Origin: Plasmodiophora brassicae
Taxonomy: Eukaryota
NCBI GenBank assembly: GCA_036867785.1
Contig: CP145410.1
Coordinates: 372,001-436,000 of the forward strand
Length of the DNA stretch: 64,000 nt
Direction: 5' to 3'
Of the stretch, positions 49,113 to 61,656 are shown in pieces (positions within the stretch are counted from its first letter, which is position 1; each line of letters starts with the position of its first letter). The translations under genes were made by a program, and so were the position numbers. The notes under the pieces were generated by a model that saw only the letters and a list, made by a program, of their open reading frames with translations, did not search any database and was not told the origin of the DNA.

Positions 49113-50577
49113 ATGGACGATGGCGGCGCGTGCCGGTACCGGTTCCTGAACGAGGGCGTGTCCAGCGTCGTGTTCGCGTTCACGGACGATGCGGGCGTGC
49201 GTTTGGCGGGGTGTTGCGCGCGGGTTGGACGGCGTCGTGCTGACGGGCGCTGTGTGTGTGTTGTGTACAGACGGGGATGGTGGTGCGCGTCCCGAAGGTC
49301 CCGTACCGGGATCCGCGCGACGACGATCGGGCTCGGCAGCGGATCTGTGCTGTGTTTTCTGCCCTGCTCGGTAGCGATTACGTGTCGAGGGAGGTGCGTC
49401 ACTTGTACGGTCTGCTGGCAGGGGACGATCTTGACGTCCTGCAGGAGCTCGTCATGATCCCGGGTGTCACCCTCCGGGCCATGTTGGACGCGGCACGGTC
49501 GCGTCGATCGCGACGATTTGTCGCGCTGTTCGACAGCGACGCGGTCGATGCCGGGGCGTCGTGGGCGGCCTGGACCATGCCGGATCTGACGAGGGTGCAC
49601 GCCCAGTCGTCGGAGGGGCAATTCGCAGTCGAACTGAAACCGAAATGGGGATTCCTGCCCGACGGCCCTGGTACGACCGATGTCCAGCGGCGCGTCTGTC
49701 GAACGTGCATCTACCAGTTCCTGAAATCCGACGAAGGTCGAGTCGCGTCCGTCTCGCAGTACTGCCCGTTGGACATGTTCAACGACGACGCGGCGGCACG
49801 GACGCGTGCCCTGCATTGCATGTTTCGAACGCCCCAGAACCATGTCGTCCTATTCGACAGCGCTGGGCGCATGGTCGACGCGGAATCGCATGCGCTTTCC
49901 GTCGACGATCTTGCCGACCTAATCGGCAGCGTCCTGACTGCCAACCGCGACCTCCTCGCCAGGATCCAGAGCGCGCAATTGCTGACAGGGTTGACGATGA
50001 GGCAGGTTGAACACGTCGCTGCGAAACTGAGCGCAGAACAATGGGCCGCCTTTCAAGACGAACCGTTAACGGACGACCTGGTTCAGAGGATCTCGCGCGC
50101 CCATCAACAGTCGACCAGGATGAAGAACTTTCGGTGCCTGAGATCCCCAGCGGGGTACGCGTCCCATGTCAAGACCGTCGATGACACGGTTCGGCCTGTC
50201 GTGCCACTCGATGTCGGCGACGACCCAGTCGATACGCTGCGGAAGGTGCTTCTCGAGATGACCGCCCGGGATGTCTCCATCATGGTCAGTTTCGTTCCTG
50301 CTGCCGTGGCAACGGACCAGGCCCCGAATGGGATCCGCGGGTAAGCGAAACGTCATATGTCGCCGATGCCGATCGTCCGTTTACAACAATGCCATGTAGG
50401 CCTCCGGTTCGCTCGGTCGATGCCTGTGGCCGCACGTGGCTCTACAAGATCGGCGTCATCGACCTGGAGACCAAGTACCCGAAGCGTATGGCCCATTGGT
50501 GCGAACGGGACCGCGCCATGACCGCTCACTTCTACGACCTCTGCCGCAGCGTCCACAACCCGCAGCCGACTCGATGA
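49113..50577 (+). CDS. IPK1: Inositol-pentakisphosphate 2-kinase, multi-exon
   Basis: NEG...VF, VELKPKWGF, CRTCIYQ, YCPLDMF, TARDVSIMVS and VIDLETK. Confidence 0.9.
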
Positions 50578-50675
50578 CGCTCAGTACACACAGACAGGGC
50601 AGCTCGCTTCGCCGGGCGGATATTAGGGCAGCCGTTCCATATATTGCGGTAGGGCGGTGCGTGATCGGTCGCGAT

Positions 50676-51485
50676 ATGTCGTCGTGGGGAGGAGGGGCGT
50701 GGTGGTCGCTGGACGAGATGCCAGAGTCGGCGCCGGTATCGGAGCAGGTCCTGATCGGCGTCGTGGCGATCGCCAGCGTGCTGACGTTCCTGTTCTGGAC
50801 GGCGCGGTGCATCCCGCGCGGGTCGCTCGTCGACTCCAGGTACCAGGTGCGTCGCAAGGTGCAGCACGCCGGCACGGGCGCGATCATGTTCACGATCGGG
50901 GCGATCGGCACGCCCAGGGTCGTCTGCTCGGTGGCGCTCACCGTCGCCGTCGTCCTGTTCGCCGTCGTCCACGCCGTCCGTCTCGTGAACGCGAACTTCA
51001 ACCGCTGGTTCAACAAGACGTTCGCCGCGCTGCTGCGCCCGCACGAGCGCACAGGCATGCCGTCCGCGTTCTACTTCCTGGTCGGCGTCGACATCGTCGT
51101 CACGTTCTTCGACATGCCCATCGCTCTGCTGTCGTGCCTGTTTGTGTCGTTCGGCGACCCATGCGCGTCCCTGGCCGGCCTGTATTTCGCCAGGCCTGGA
51201 TCCGTTCGCATCCGCAACGGCAAATCGCTGATTGGCGCGCTGGCCAACTTCGCCTGCTGTGCCGTCCTCGCCGTCCTGTACCTGGTCGTCTTCCAGCGCG
51301 ACCACGCCCCTGGGTCCGTCCTAGTCCAGGCCGCGGTCGGCGCCCTGGCGGCCGCCTGCGCCGAACTATCCGAAAGCAGGTACGTGGACGATAACTTGAC
51401 GATTCCGGTGGCGTCTGCGGCCGCGCTGGCCGCCCTCCGACGCTGGGCGCCGACCGTCGTCTCGCCGTGGCGCTCCTCGCTGTGA
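50676..51485 (+). CDS. CTP-dependent lipid kinase (DGK1/phytol/dolichol kinase family), membrane protein
   Basis: RKVQH, LLRPHE, GDPCASLAG, KSLIG and DDNLTIP. Confidence 0.85.
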   Translation: MSSWGGGAWWSLDEMPESAPVSEQVLIGVVAIASVLTFLFWTARCIPRGSLVDSRYQVRRKVQHAGTGAIMFTIGAIGTPRVVCSVALTVAVVLFAVVHAVRLVNANFNRWFNKTFAALLRPHERTGMPSAFYFLVGVDIVVTFFDMPIALLSCLFVSFGDPCASLAGLYFARPGSVRIRNGKSLIGALANFACCAVLAVLYLVVFQRDHAPGSVLVQAAVGALAAACAELSESRYVDDNLTIPVASAAALAALRRWAPTVVSPWRSSL

Positions 51486-51717
51486 TCCGGCTCCTGTATG
51501 TATTAACGCTGCCCTAATATACACACCGAACACGCTGTTCGACCGTTCGACGTTGGCGGCGCCTCGGTGTGTGGAGCGTCATCGTCATCGTCGTCGGCGG
51601 CCGGTTCCGGCGGGGCGGGCGAATGGAGGTCGCGCCCCCCCCCGCTGCGGGCGCCGCCTGGAATATCAGCGGCTCTGAGCGCGCGTCGATTGCCAACCGC
51701 CGAACCTCGCAATTCAT

Positions 51718-52623
51718 ATGGGTTGGATGGGGCGTCGGACGGCCAGCGACGGCAACTCGGCCGCCTACGAGCGGCTGCCCGACGACGGCGAGGACCGGCC
51801 CGCGATCCGATCGCAACCGGGGCGGTCGTTCGTCTCGACTGCGAAGCGATACCTGGTGATCATCACCGTATTCGCGTTCGTCGCCCTCGTCATATCCGTC
51901 GTCGTGCCCAAGCGCCCCGATGTGCGCTACGTCTGCACCATGTTCGATGGCGTCCACCTGGACCGATCCCATGCGCCGTACTTCTACGTATCGTTCAAGG
52001 TGCCCAGCGTCTGCTACGTCAGTCTTGACGATGTTCTCTGACGGCGAACTCGTAGACGTTTGCCCGCGTGTCGAACCCCAACTTTTACCGGATCGGGCTC
52101 CTCCAGTAAGCAATGACGTTTGTCGGCAGTGCGGTATTGTCAGTTGCTGACTGGCATCGGTGAAAAGGGTCGATGTCGACATTGTCCACTGGGACGATAA
52201 GGTCCACCGTATTGGTGCATGCTGCCGACCGGGGGCCCTGACAGGGCACGTATGCAGATTGCGCAATCGTCGATGGAGCCCAGAGGGTTCTCGGCGCGAT
52301 CCACCAGCGTGGTAATGATGGCTTCGTCGCGCTGTGCCCGTGAACGCGCAGCCCATTGATCGGGCGCATTGTCCCTGCAGGAGCTGATTCGCACGAACGC
52401 ATCTGATTTCAGCGCCTCGGCGCTGCAGAGCCTGTGGAAGGACATGCAGGACGGCATCGTGACGATCGAGCTTCGCGGTAAGGCGCGGGCTCGCGTGTTC
52501 GCCCACGAGTGGCGCTACACGATCGCGAACGAGTACGTGCACTTGAACCTGTCCAGCTGGGACGTGCCGTCGTCGTCCACGCGGGAACCCTGCCCGCCCG
52601 TCGACTACAAGCCTACCCTGTAG
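51718..52623 (+). CDS. Type II membrane protein with LEA_2 (NHL/TMEM106-like) domain, multi-exon
   Basis: Single TM (YLVIITVFAFVALVISVVV) followed by PKRP and an NPNFY motif. Confidence 0.6.
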
Positions 52624-52762
52624 CATGCCATTCATTAAAACCGTGCATCGTTACTGTCTGCGCGTTCGATGAATGTGGTCGCACCGCGATCATCGGCGGG
52701 TACGGAATGTGTGACGGTCGGTCCAAGGTCGTGGAACGGATTCATAGGTGTCATCGCCGACC

Positions 52763-55700
52763 ATGTCGGCGCTGTCGTGGGCACTGGTCGCCTGCCTGGC
52801 GCTGGTCGCCGCCCAGGACCTGCCGACGGTGCACATCGTGCCCCATTCGCATTGCGACCCGGGTTGGCTCGAGACCTACGAGGTCGGCCTAGGGCGTCGC
52901 CCCCGGAGCGTTGGCGTTCGAGCGCGCTGACTCCCCCGCCCTCATCGCAGACCTATTTCGCCGGGGACGTCAGCACTATTCTCAGCAACGTGTTCTACGA
53001 ACTGATGCAGGACCCGAGGCGCAAGTTCGTCTGGTCGGAAACGTAAGCGCCCGTCGCCACGCGTGGTGGACACTGGCTCCCCGATCAACGGGTATGCGCG
53101 CAGGTCGTTCTTCCTGCTGTGGTACGAGACGCTGTCGACGGAGGGTCGCGACGTGTTCAAAGATCTCGTTCAGAGCGGCCGCTTCGAGTTCGTGGGAGGT
53201 GCGCGCCCCACCTGTACAGCGGCGTCTGCGGCCGGTGGCTGACACGTGCCAGGCGGCTGGGTGCAGAACGACGAGGCCTGCCCGCATTACGCGGACATGA
53301 TCGACCAGACGACGACGGGCCATCGGTACCTGAACGATCAGTTCGGGGTCGTGCCCCGGTTCGGGTGGCAGATCGACCCGTTCGGGCATTCGGCGGTCAC
53401 GCCGGCCCTGTTCCGCCTGTTCGGCTACGAGGCCGTCGTCATCAACCGCATCCATTTCAAGTACAAGGCGGCCATGAAGGGCAAGGCCAACATGGAGTTC
53501 CTGTGGCGGGGGACGCAACTCGGCGGCAACGACGACCTGTTCACCCACGTCCTGCACACGCATTACAGTGCACCGCAGGTAACGCGATGGCGATGGCGCC
53601 TGCGACCGCCGCCGATGAACGCGGTTGACAGGGGTTCGACTGGGAGAACTACGTCGAGGCTATCACCGAGGACAACGTCGAGCGCCGCAGCGACGAGCTC
53701 GCCGCCGAGCTGCGCCGGCGGATGACGGCGTACCGCTCGCCGCACCTGCTGGTCCCGTTCGGCGACGACTTCAAGTTCAGGAACGCCAACCTCCAGTTCC
53801 GCAACATGGATCAGCTGATCGGTAGACGCGCCACGTGATGCCGCGTCCCCACCGGGTCGTTCGCTGAATCACGTGCCCCCGCTCGCAGACTACATCAACG
53901 ACAACCCGGAGCGGTACCAGATGCGCCTGCAGTACTCGACGCTCAGCGACTACTTTGGGGCGGTCGCCGCGTCCAATGCGAAATTCGCCACCGTCCAAGG
54001 CGACTTCTTCCCGTACGCCGACAACGACGATTCCCTGTGGACGGTAGGACCGCCCCGCGCCCTGTCGTTCCAGCGCGTTGACGTGTGCGGCGGTCGCCCC
54101 AGGGTTACTACACGACTCGCCCGTTCCTGAAGCGAATCTCGCGGACAGTCTCGGCCGCGTTACGCGCCGCCGAGATCGCGTTCGTCGCCGCTGGCGTCCT
54201 GCGAAGCGACGCCGACGACGACGAGGTCGTTAGGCGGCGCGCCATGTACGACGACCTGATCGCCGCCCGGCGCAACGCCGCCCTGTTCCTGCACCACGAC
54301 GGCATCACGGGAACGGCGCGCACCCACGTCGTCGACGATTACATGCAGAGGATGCACGCGGCGACCAGGACCGCCAACGGCATCGCGTTACGCTCGCTGC
54401 GGGCCGTGGTCGCCGACGACGCCGACGCCGACATTGTCATGCTGGGCGACGACGCCGTCCTGTCCGGGCGGAACGTTGTCGGCCTGTGCAACAGCCTGGG
54501 CTGGGCCCGGACCGAGCTCCTCTGCCTGACCGTTGCCACGCCGTTCGTCACCGTTCACGATGACGCGGGCGCGTCGGTCGCGGCGCAGGTCCACATCGGC
54601 ACCGACTTCCAGGGCGACGCCTACCGCCTCTGTTTCGTGCGCAACCTGCCACCTCTGTCCGTCTCGGTCGTCGTCGTGGACGTCGCCGACAAGAAGCGCC
54701 CCGGTGGCGCCGAACACGTCGTCGTCCGCGTCATCGGCGGTTCTGACCAGGCCGCCCTGTCGCCACAAGACGAAGTCGCGGTCGGCGACGACAGTTTCAT
54801 CCTCAGCAACGGCGTCCTCGACGTGCACCTGGATCGCAAGACTGGTAACAGCACAATGCGATCGTTGGCCGGTGCTGGACGCTGACGCCTGCGTGTCCGG
54901 CCCAGGCCTGATCGAGTCGATCGTCGACAGGGCGGCGAACGTGACGACGCAGGTGGGGCAGCGCCTGCGACAGTACTCGACGAGTCGCGGCGGGGCGTAC
55001 CTGTTCCGGCCGGAAGGCGACGCCGAACACATCGATACGGGCCGGGCGCGCGTCCGCCTGGCCCGCGGGCCCGTCTCCGATTCGGCAGCGGTGACGCTCG
55101 GCAACCAGGTCGTGCACATCGACCTTGTGAAGGCGTCGGCGCCGGCGATGGTGGCCAGGCGCGTGCACGTGCGGTTCCTGGTTCGGTCGGACGCGAACCG
55201 GGAGGTCGTCGTCCGCTTCGACACGGACCTGGCGACCGGGACGACGTTCTACTCGAACGACGGCGCCGATTTCGTGCGCCGCCGGTACGACGCGGCGAAG
55301 CAGATCGCTGGGAATTACTACCCGGCGGTGTCGGGCGGCCGCCTGCAGGATCGGGCCAGGCGCCTGACGGTCGCCACCGGGCACACGTCGGGCGTCACTG
55401 GCGGGCACGGCCGCCTCGAGTTCATGCTGCACCGGAACCTGGCCCAGGACGATGGTCGTGGCCTCGGGCAACCGATTATCGATCAGACGCCGGCGATCGT
55501 CACCATGCGGATCGTAGTGGAGTCGACAGGGTCGTTCGTGTTCCCTGCCGACCAGCATCGGCGGCAAGCGTTCGCGTGCGATACGCCACCGGTCGTTCTG
55601 GTCGGCAACGTGGCCATGCGACCGGTACGCCTGCTGGACATGGTCCTGCCCGCCCACATGCACCTCCTGTCGCTCATGGTGAACGACGCTGCCGGCAGGG

Positions 55701-56488
55701 AGGTGGTCGTACGACTGGAGAACCTGCGTGATGCCGATCAGGACACGCAGGCGACCCTCCTCCAGGTTCACAACCTGTTCCAGGACCATGCGGGCCTGAC
55801 GAACATGCGCGAGACGACGTTGACAACGGTTTACGGTCAGAGCCGGTGGAGTGCAGTGGTCGGTCACGAAGCCTGAGTGTCGCCTGATGCAGAATTCCCA
55901 CGAGCGTCGTACCTGAATGACGGGTACCTGGCGAAGGCGACGCCCGTCCTGCAATTCGCCAGGTCCGATAAGTTGATTTCGTTAGTCGACGGCGGAGGCG
56001 AAGACATGGTGGGCGGCGACCATCAGCAAGGGAAGCAGAATGCAGGTCCGCGTGTCGACAAGCGTTTCAGGGAGGGATTGCCACTGACTGCATGGCTAGA
56101 GGAGGAAGGCGTGTTCATATCGGATGTCGCGCTACAGAAGGCGAAGGGCTGGGTTCGCCGCCTGCTTGATGATAACAGCAGGGCGGTGCCTTTCCTGCCC
56201 AGGCAGATTCGAACGTTCATTTTCGAAGTGTCTGAGAAGAGAACGGTCGCGAAAGAACAGAACGAGAAGGACGCCGAGGAGCACGTATCGTCCGGCTCGC
56301 GTATCCAGATCAGGCGGGCACCTATCGAGGTTCAGGCGTTAAGTTTACCGGGCACTGGCGAAGTCGTTTTCGTTGTCTGCGCGTGTCTGGCCACCATTTC
56401 CGCGGTCGTCCTCATCCTCAGATCGAACTGGGGCAGCCCGACGACCTGGACGCAAGCTTCCAGCAAACCCGAACGACACATCGTTTAA
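52763..56488 (+). CDS. GH38 alpha-mannosidase with signal peptide and C-terminal TM, multi-exon
   Basis: VPHSHCDPGWLET, GGWVQNDEA, WQIDPFGHS, HHDGITGT and HRNLAQDDGRG. Confidence 0.95.
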
Positions 56489-57038
56489 CAGCAGCGAGGC
56501 GTGATGCACGTACGCATGTAGTTATTCTATACAGCCTATTTATCTGAGCGATATATGCCGCGTGTACTCCGCCCTGGCCGACCATGCATCGTCCAGTTGA
56601 TGGCCGTAGCGTTTGCGATGGGAATGGTCACCTACGTGACCAGGCCCAGCTCGAAGATTGACTGGCATAGGTGCAGCGTATAAGCTCTTCTCGCAACCTT
56701 GCAAGGTTGAAAGTTACAAATGGCAGGTCATCAGCTATGGGATTAGAAGGCACGGAAAGTGTGAGGATCTAAGCCTCTATGGTCGTGTTTATTGAGACTG
56801 GTGAAATAACGACGGCAACTATGTCCTATAACGATTGTTTCATCGCATGAACGCTCTTCACCTGTTGACATGCTCCTGGGGAACGCTGGTGTTCGTCAGC
56901 GATGGCCGATGGGCAAGGGTGTCCGGGCAGCCGCAGGTCAGGATCTGGTACTCGCAGAGCGAGCGGGTTGACTGCGAGCTGCAATAACAGCCACGGAGTC
57001 CGCGGTCAGTTTGGCAGTTGCGCTTGGCGCCGGTCGTC

Positions 57039-57343
57039 ATGCCGAAAGTCGAAGGCCCCGATCTCGAGCGGTACATGGACAAGCATGTACTGCTCAAGCT
57101 CAATGCGAACCGATGCGTCAGTGGCATGCTGCGGGGGTACGACCAGTTCATGAACGTCGTCCTGGAAGATACTGTCGAGGAGGTGTCTCCCGAGGAGCGC
57201 AACAACATTGGCATCGTTGTACGTTCCATTGCCCATTATTCCACACTCATCGCGCCGGTGCTCTGACATTGGCTCGCCAGGTCGTTCGAGGAAACAGCAT
57301 CAACTTGATCGAACCTTTGGAGAAGGTCGAGGGCCGTCGCTAA
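57039..57343 (+). CDS. SNRPG: Small nuclear ribonucleoprotein G (2 exons)
   Basis: PDLERYMDK...LNANRCVSGMLRGYDQFMNVVL...IGIV|VVRGNSI. Confidence 0.93.
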
Positions 57344-57401
57344 GCAATACACAATAGGTTGTTGTCTATGTTGCTGGCTGGGCACTAATTGCACGTTCAT
57401 T

Positions 57402-58528
57402 TTACGTTTCTTCGAACGGCCTGACTTGTTCAGCATAGAAATCGCGGCTGGCCGCCGACGTCACAAGGAAGGTCGGCATCTCGTGATAAATAGTGTACGA
57501 TGGCCTTGCCAGCACATCAGCCAGGGTGGCGTCCAGCGGGACGGGAATGAGCGCTTCGCTTGTTTCGTTCTTGCGGTAGTGGACGCGCCAGTCGTCAACA
57601 TTCCTATAGTGGCCACTGGTGTCCCAATCAGCACCCGTCATCTGCTGCAACTGTTCACGAAACGTGACGCGCTCGTCCCAGTCGCGAACCGTGTCCGACG
57701 TGTGATGTTCCAAGTACAATAACATCACCGGCCAATGCAAGACATCGTCCGCATCGACGTACGGCTGGAATTCGTCCATGCCCATCGGTCTCAATGCGCT
57801 TGGACCACCCTCTTCTTCCTCGCCATCCGTGTCATCGCCTTCGTCACCAACCATTCGCAGGTTTCGCGATGCACACGCCGCTTGAAGTTTCGCTCGTCGT
57901 GAGCGTTCCTCTTCAGCTCGGGCTTGCTTCTCGGCCCGTTTCCGGCGTTCCGATGCAAGCGCGTCCCGAGTCAGATTGAACAGAGCCCTGACCTTCTCGC
58001 TCTTTGGGTCGATACGTAGCGCAGAGAGCGCGTACTCCATCGACGATTTGTACCGGCCAAGTCGAGAGCATGCCTGGGCGGCCCGGTAGAGGATTTTCAC
58101 ATTGGATGGCGTGATCTCCAACGCAGCCTGACAGTCCGACAAGGCACGGCCCAGGTTGCCCAGCTGCAAGTTCACATGCGCTCGATTGCCAAGGATCGTC
58201 GCCTTCAACGCCTCGTTCGTCGGGCCCGCATCCAGGGCATTCGTGTAGTATTGCACCGCGTCGGACCAGCGTTTCCTACCGAGCCGGAAGGCTTCGTTCC
58301 CACTTTCCTTCAAGTTTTCAGCAATATCTGTCCACCAATCACAATCTGCATCGCTCCCCTCGTGCAGAAGAACAACTCACCGTTGGGGTCCTCATCGGCA
58401 ACCAACGCCTGGATGGCCTCAATGTCAGTAGACACGTGTCCGCCCTCTGCAGGCAGGGCGTCCATAAACAACGGCATCTCCTGGAAACGGCGTTCCAGTT
58501 CCATGTCCTCAGAGCTCAGGCGCGTCAT
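57402..58528 (-). CDS. TTC4: TTC4/Cns1 TPR co-chaperone (2 exons)
   Basis: PLFM, KESGNEAF, TPRs, and LHWPVMLLYLEHHTSD (wheel domain). Confidence 0.88.
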
Positions 58529-58950
58529 GACGAAAACTGCAGCTCCACGCAGTCCGTAAAACCTTGTCGAGACAGCGTTGCGCCAGCAATTTGCGCCGCG
58601 CAGCGCTGTTCAAGCACACGTCGCCCCCGTTCGGTGCAAGGAAAGCGACTCATGAAACATGCAACTCGGATAACGGATTGCTGCCTCAAGACGTCATTGC
58701 TACATCGAGTCAGAACCTTGTTTTGTAATAGCTGCCTGCAGCTCGGCGGCAAAGAACGAAATGCGAAGTTACTAGAACACCGAGGTCGGACGTTACATTG
58801 TGCCCGGGCAGTGAAATCATCAACGAAAAGCCTGCCAATGTACTACGATGTGACAAGTTCCCAACAGCTGCATAGGCAGTTGGTGTTAGATGCATCGCCA
58901 CCAAACCTCAAGCATGGCATCGCGTAACGAGATCTGTGAGGAATTGGGTT

Positions 58951-59620
58951 TCAGCGGCCGTACACGCCGTATACGAGACGTTGGAGTCGGACATTGTCCA
59001 AATTAGCAGCACGCGAGCGTTCCTTTCTCATTATCCGATGTGGCGTTTGTCCGTTGTGGGTTGCTTTCAATCGCGCTACCAAGCGTTGGAAAACCGCAGA
59101 GAACTCGTCCTGCAAACGCGATTGAACCGCTCGCATTCACAATCGATAAACAAAAGCTGACCTTTCCGGTACGGTTAATCTCAGGTGATGATGGAGGCGT
59201 TAGAGGAAGAGTTGGCGCTCCGCCGGCCTGAGTTTGACGCGACCAACCTCCACCGTCACCCTCCCCCACCGTGTCCTTGTTTACCAAGCAGTCCACGTCA
59301 GTTCCACACGCCAGAACTGAATGAAGGACGTTCTGAGAAGACGATAATGTGAACAACGATCGACAGCAAGCCCGTGATACCTCACGTTGTCGGACGGCCT
59401 TGTCAACGCCGTCAATTGCTTCGCCTTGGAGAGCAGCTCACGTGAAGGCAGTCCTGTGATATTATGTCAGTGGAGACAAACGTCTGCAGAAAAACATGCC
59501 CAGTAGCGAACCATAGCGCGTATGCAAGCACGCAAGCGCAAGCACGTGATCCAGACACGGGTCATCATCGGCCAGCTCCGCCTCAGTTACCGCCTCCAGC
59601 AGCTTCGTCGCCGACCCCAT
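58951..59620 (-). CDS. Hypothetical multi-exon protein
   Basis: ATG at 59620, with consecutive minus-strand ORF pieces bounded by GT-AG. No known domain. Confidence 0.4.
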
Positions 59621-59730
59621 CGTGACGACACAGCCCCGTTTCAAAAATGACGCAACGGTTTCCTGTCGCCCTCATCATGAGACTGCAGTCGCCCAGTGCC
59701 GGTCTGCCGGACCTGCCACGGGAATGTCGC

Positions 59731-61403
59731 ATGGCGGCGCCACCCGACGATTCCACCGCCGCGCCCGTTGCCGTTGCGCACTCCGGCAGACAGGATGACG
59801 TCGTTGTTCGGCGGATTCGGGTCTGTGATTCGCGTTCGGTTCGCTGTGATATGACGCTGGCTGACCGGGTGGGCCCAGGACGACAGCGGCGCCGTCGTCA
59901 GGCGCGCTGACGGTGCCGGTTACGGACGAGATCGTCCAGCTCAGCACGCCGTTCTCGAAGCTGCCGGCGAATCGTCAGGCGGATTTGGAGAGGATCGAGT
60001 AGGGCGCAATCGTTTACGTTCACATGTGCCAGATGCTGACAGGTATGGGAAGTGCCGAGTTTCAGAAACAATCGCTGGTGAGCGCCGAAATCGATCGCCT
60101 TTTGGAAGAGGCAGAGCGCAACGAAGCGTTTTCAATGGCGGACATCTCTCGGCTCGAGCAACGTCTCAAATTGCTCCAACTTCAGATTAAGCGGACTCGT
60201 AACAGCCTGCTGGGGTTCAGAGAAGAGGTGTGCTGGCATACTGTTCTGCCAACTACGTCCCTTAGCTGCTCGTTAGATGCGGCGCGAGTTGAAGCACGGT
60301 GAACAAGCACTGTTTGCAAATGCTCGCCTCAAGCACAAGAGTATTCAGCAGCTGTGGCCACAGTTGCCTTCGAGGTATGCGCCCGTTCACTTTGCTGCCT
60401 CATCTATCCTTGACTAAATAACGTACGCAGGTATTTCTTCGATAAGATGGAGGAATTTCGTGGGCGCATCACAAAGCTCATGCAGGACGTGGAGGATATT
60501 CAACACCACCTGAGTGCGAACCCGTCCCAGCAGTCTCCGCCGCAAAGTTAGACGTTTCCACTATGTCCTTCATGTTATCGTTTCTTACATTGGTCCAGTG
60601 CTGCATGCCCTCCTGTCGAACACCCATAACGAAGTCGTTGCGCTCAGCTGTGAAGTCGCCCGGGTCCATTCGATTGTCAACCAACAGAAAGAGACGTTCA
60701 TTGACGAAAAGATCTCAAAGAAAGCCGACCCGTTTGAGGTTGCTCCGAAGAGGGACGAGTCAGGTAGCAGTACTGCATGTCTGTTTGCATGTAACATGGC
60801 TGACCGAAGTTCCCCATAGTGGTCCAACAACAACAGCTCTTACTGTTGACCGCGCCGCCAGCAGCGCAGCCTGGTGCCGCTCCAGCATCGACATATCCTG
60901 CACTGGGAGCGCCGCCTGGTCAGCAGCAATCTACAGGCTTTGGTGCGACTACAGGGTCTGGGCTATTCGGAGTCCAACCGCAGTCCACGCCGGGAATGTT
61001 TGGCACGCAACCGACGAGTCTCTTTGGTGGATCTCAGCAGCAACAACCACCACAGCAACAGCAACAGTCGTCGTCCCTATTTGGCTCCTCGACTCCTGGG
61101 ACAGCATCAACGTTGTTCGGATCAAATTCGGCGCCTGCATTCGGGCAGACCGGTCAGTCCGCGACGCAGCCGACCTCGCTGTTCGGACAGTCTACTCAGC
61201 AACCTGGTTCGGCATCCGGCTTTGGTGCATCATCGACTCCGCAAACGAACCTGTTCGGTTCATCAGCAACAGCAGCGCCGCAGTCGTCTCTCTTTGGCGG
61301 CGCAGCGCCGGCCTCGACAGGCACAATGTCGTTGTTCGGTACATCAACGCAAGCGCCCGCCACGACCTCGACCACGCCGTTCCAGTTCGGCGCCACGAGA
61401 TGA
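59731..61403 (+). CDS. FG nucleoporin Nup58/Nup49-like, multi-exon
   Basis: TPFSKLP motif, coiled coils, and C-terminal SLFG/GLFG/FG repeats. Confidence 0.75.
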
Positions 61404-61656
61404 CGTTCATAAATGAAACCATGTTCGGGATATATCAACCTATATCGGAGCGTTCACCTAACAAAGGCATCGTTGCCGGCTAGTCGTGCATTTTTGTGGT
61501 TTGCGAGGGTCAGCCTCGACAGTCGAGCCCCGACAGTTGACCAATGCTGGTTTGGCAGTGCGTAACCAAACGCGTGGCTCTGTGGACCGGTCCGGTCCCA
61601 AGTCGTCCCCCGGAGTTCGCGTTAGGGTTCCCTTTCCAAGTACGTACCTGTATACC

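Noticed and set aside
37173-50577. Phosphate-themed cluster (phosphate transporter, IPK1, nearby lipid kinase)
   Set aside because: The genes are separated by unrelated genes and no shared regulatory motif was seen; this is likely chance in a compact genome.
60819-61403. Repeated short motifs suggestive of an array
   Set aside because: They are FG-nucleoporin coding repeats, not CRISPR or satellite DNA.
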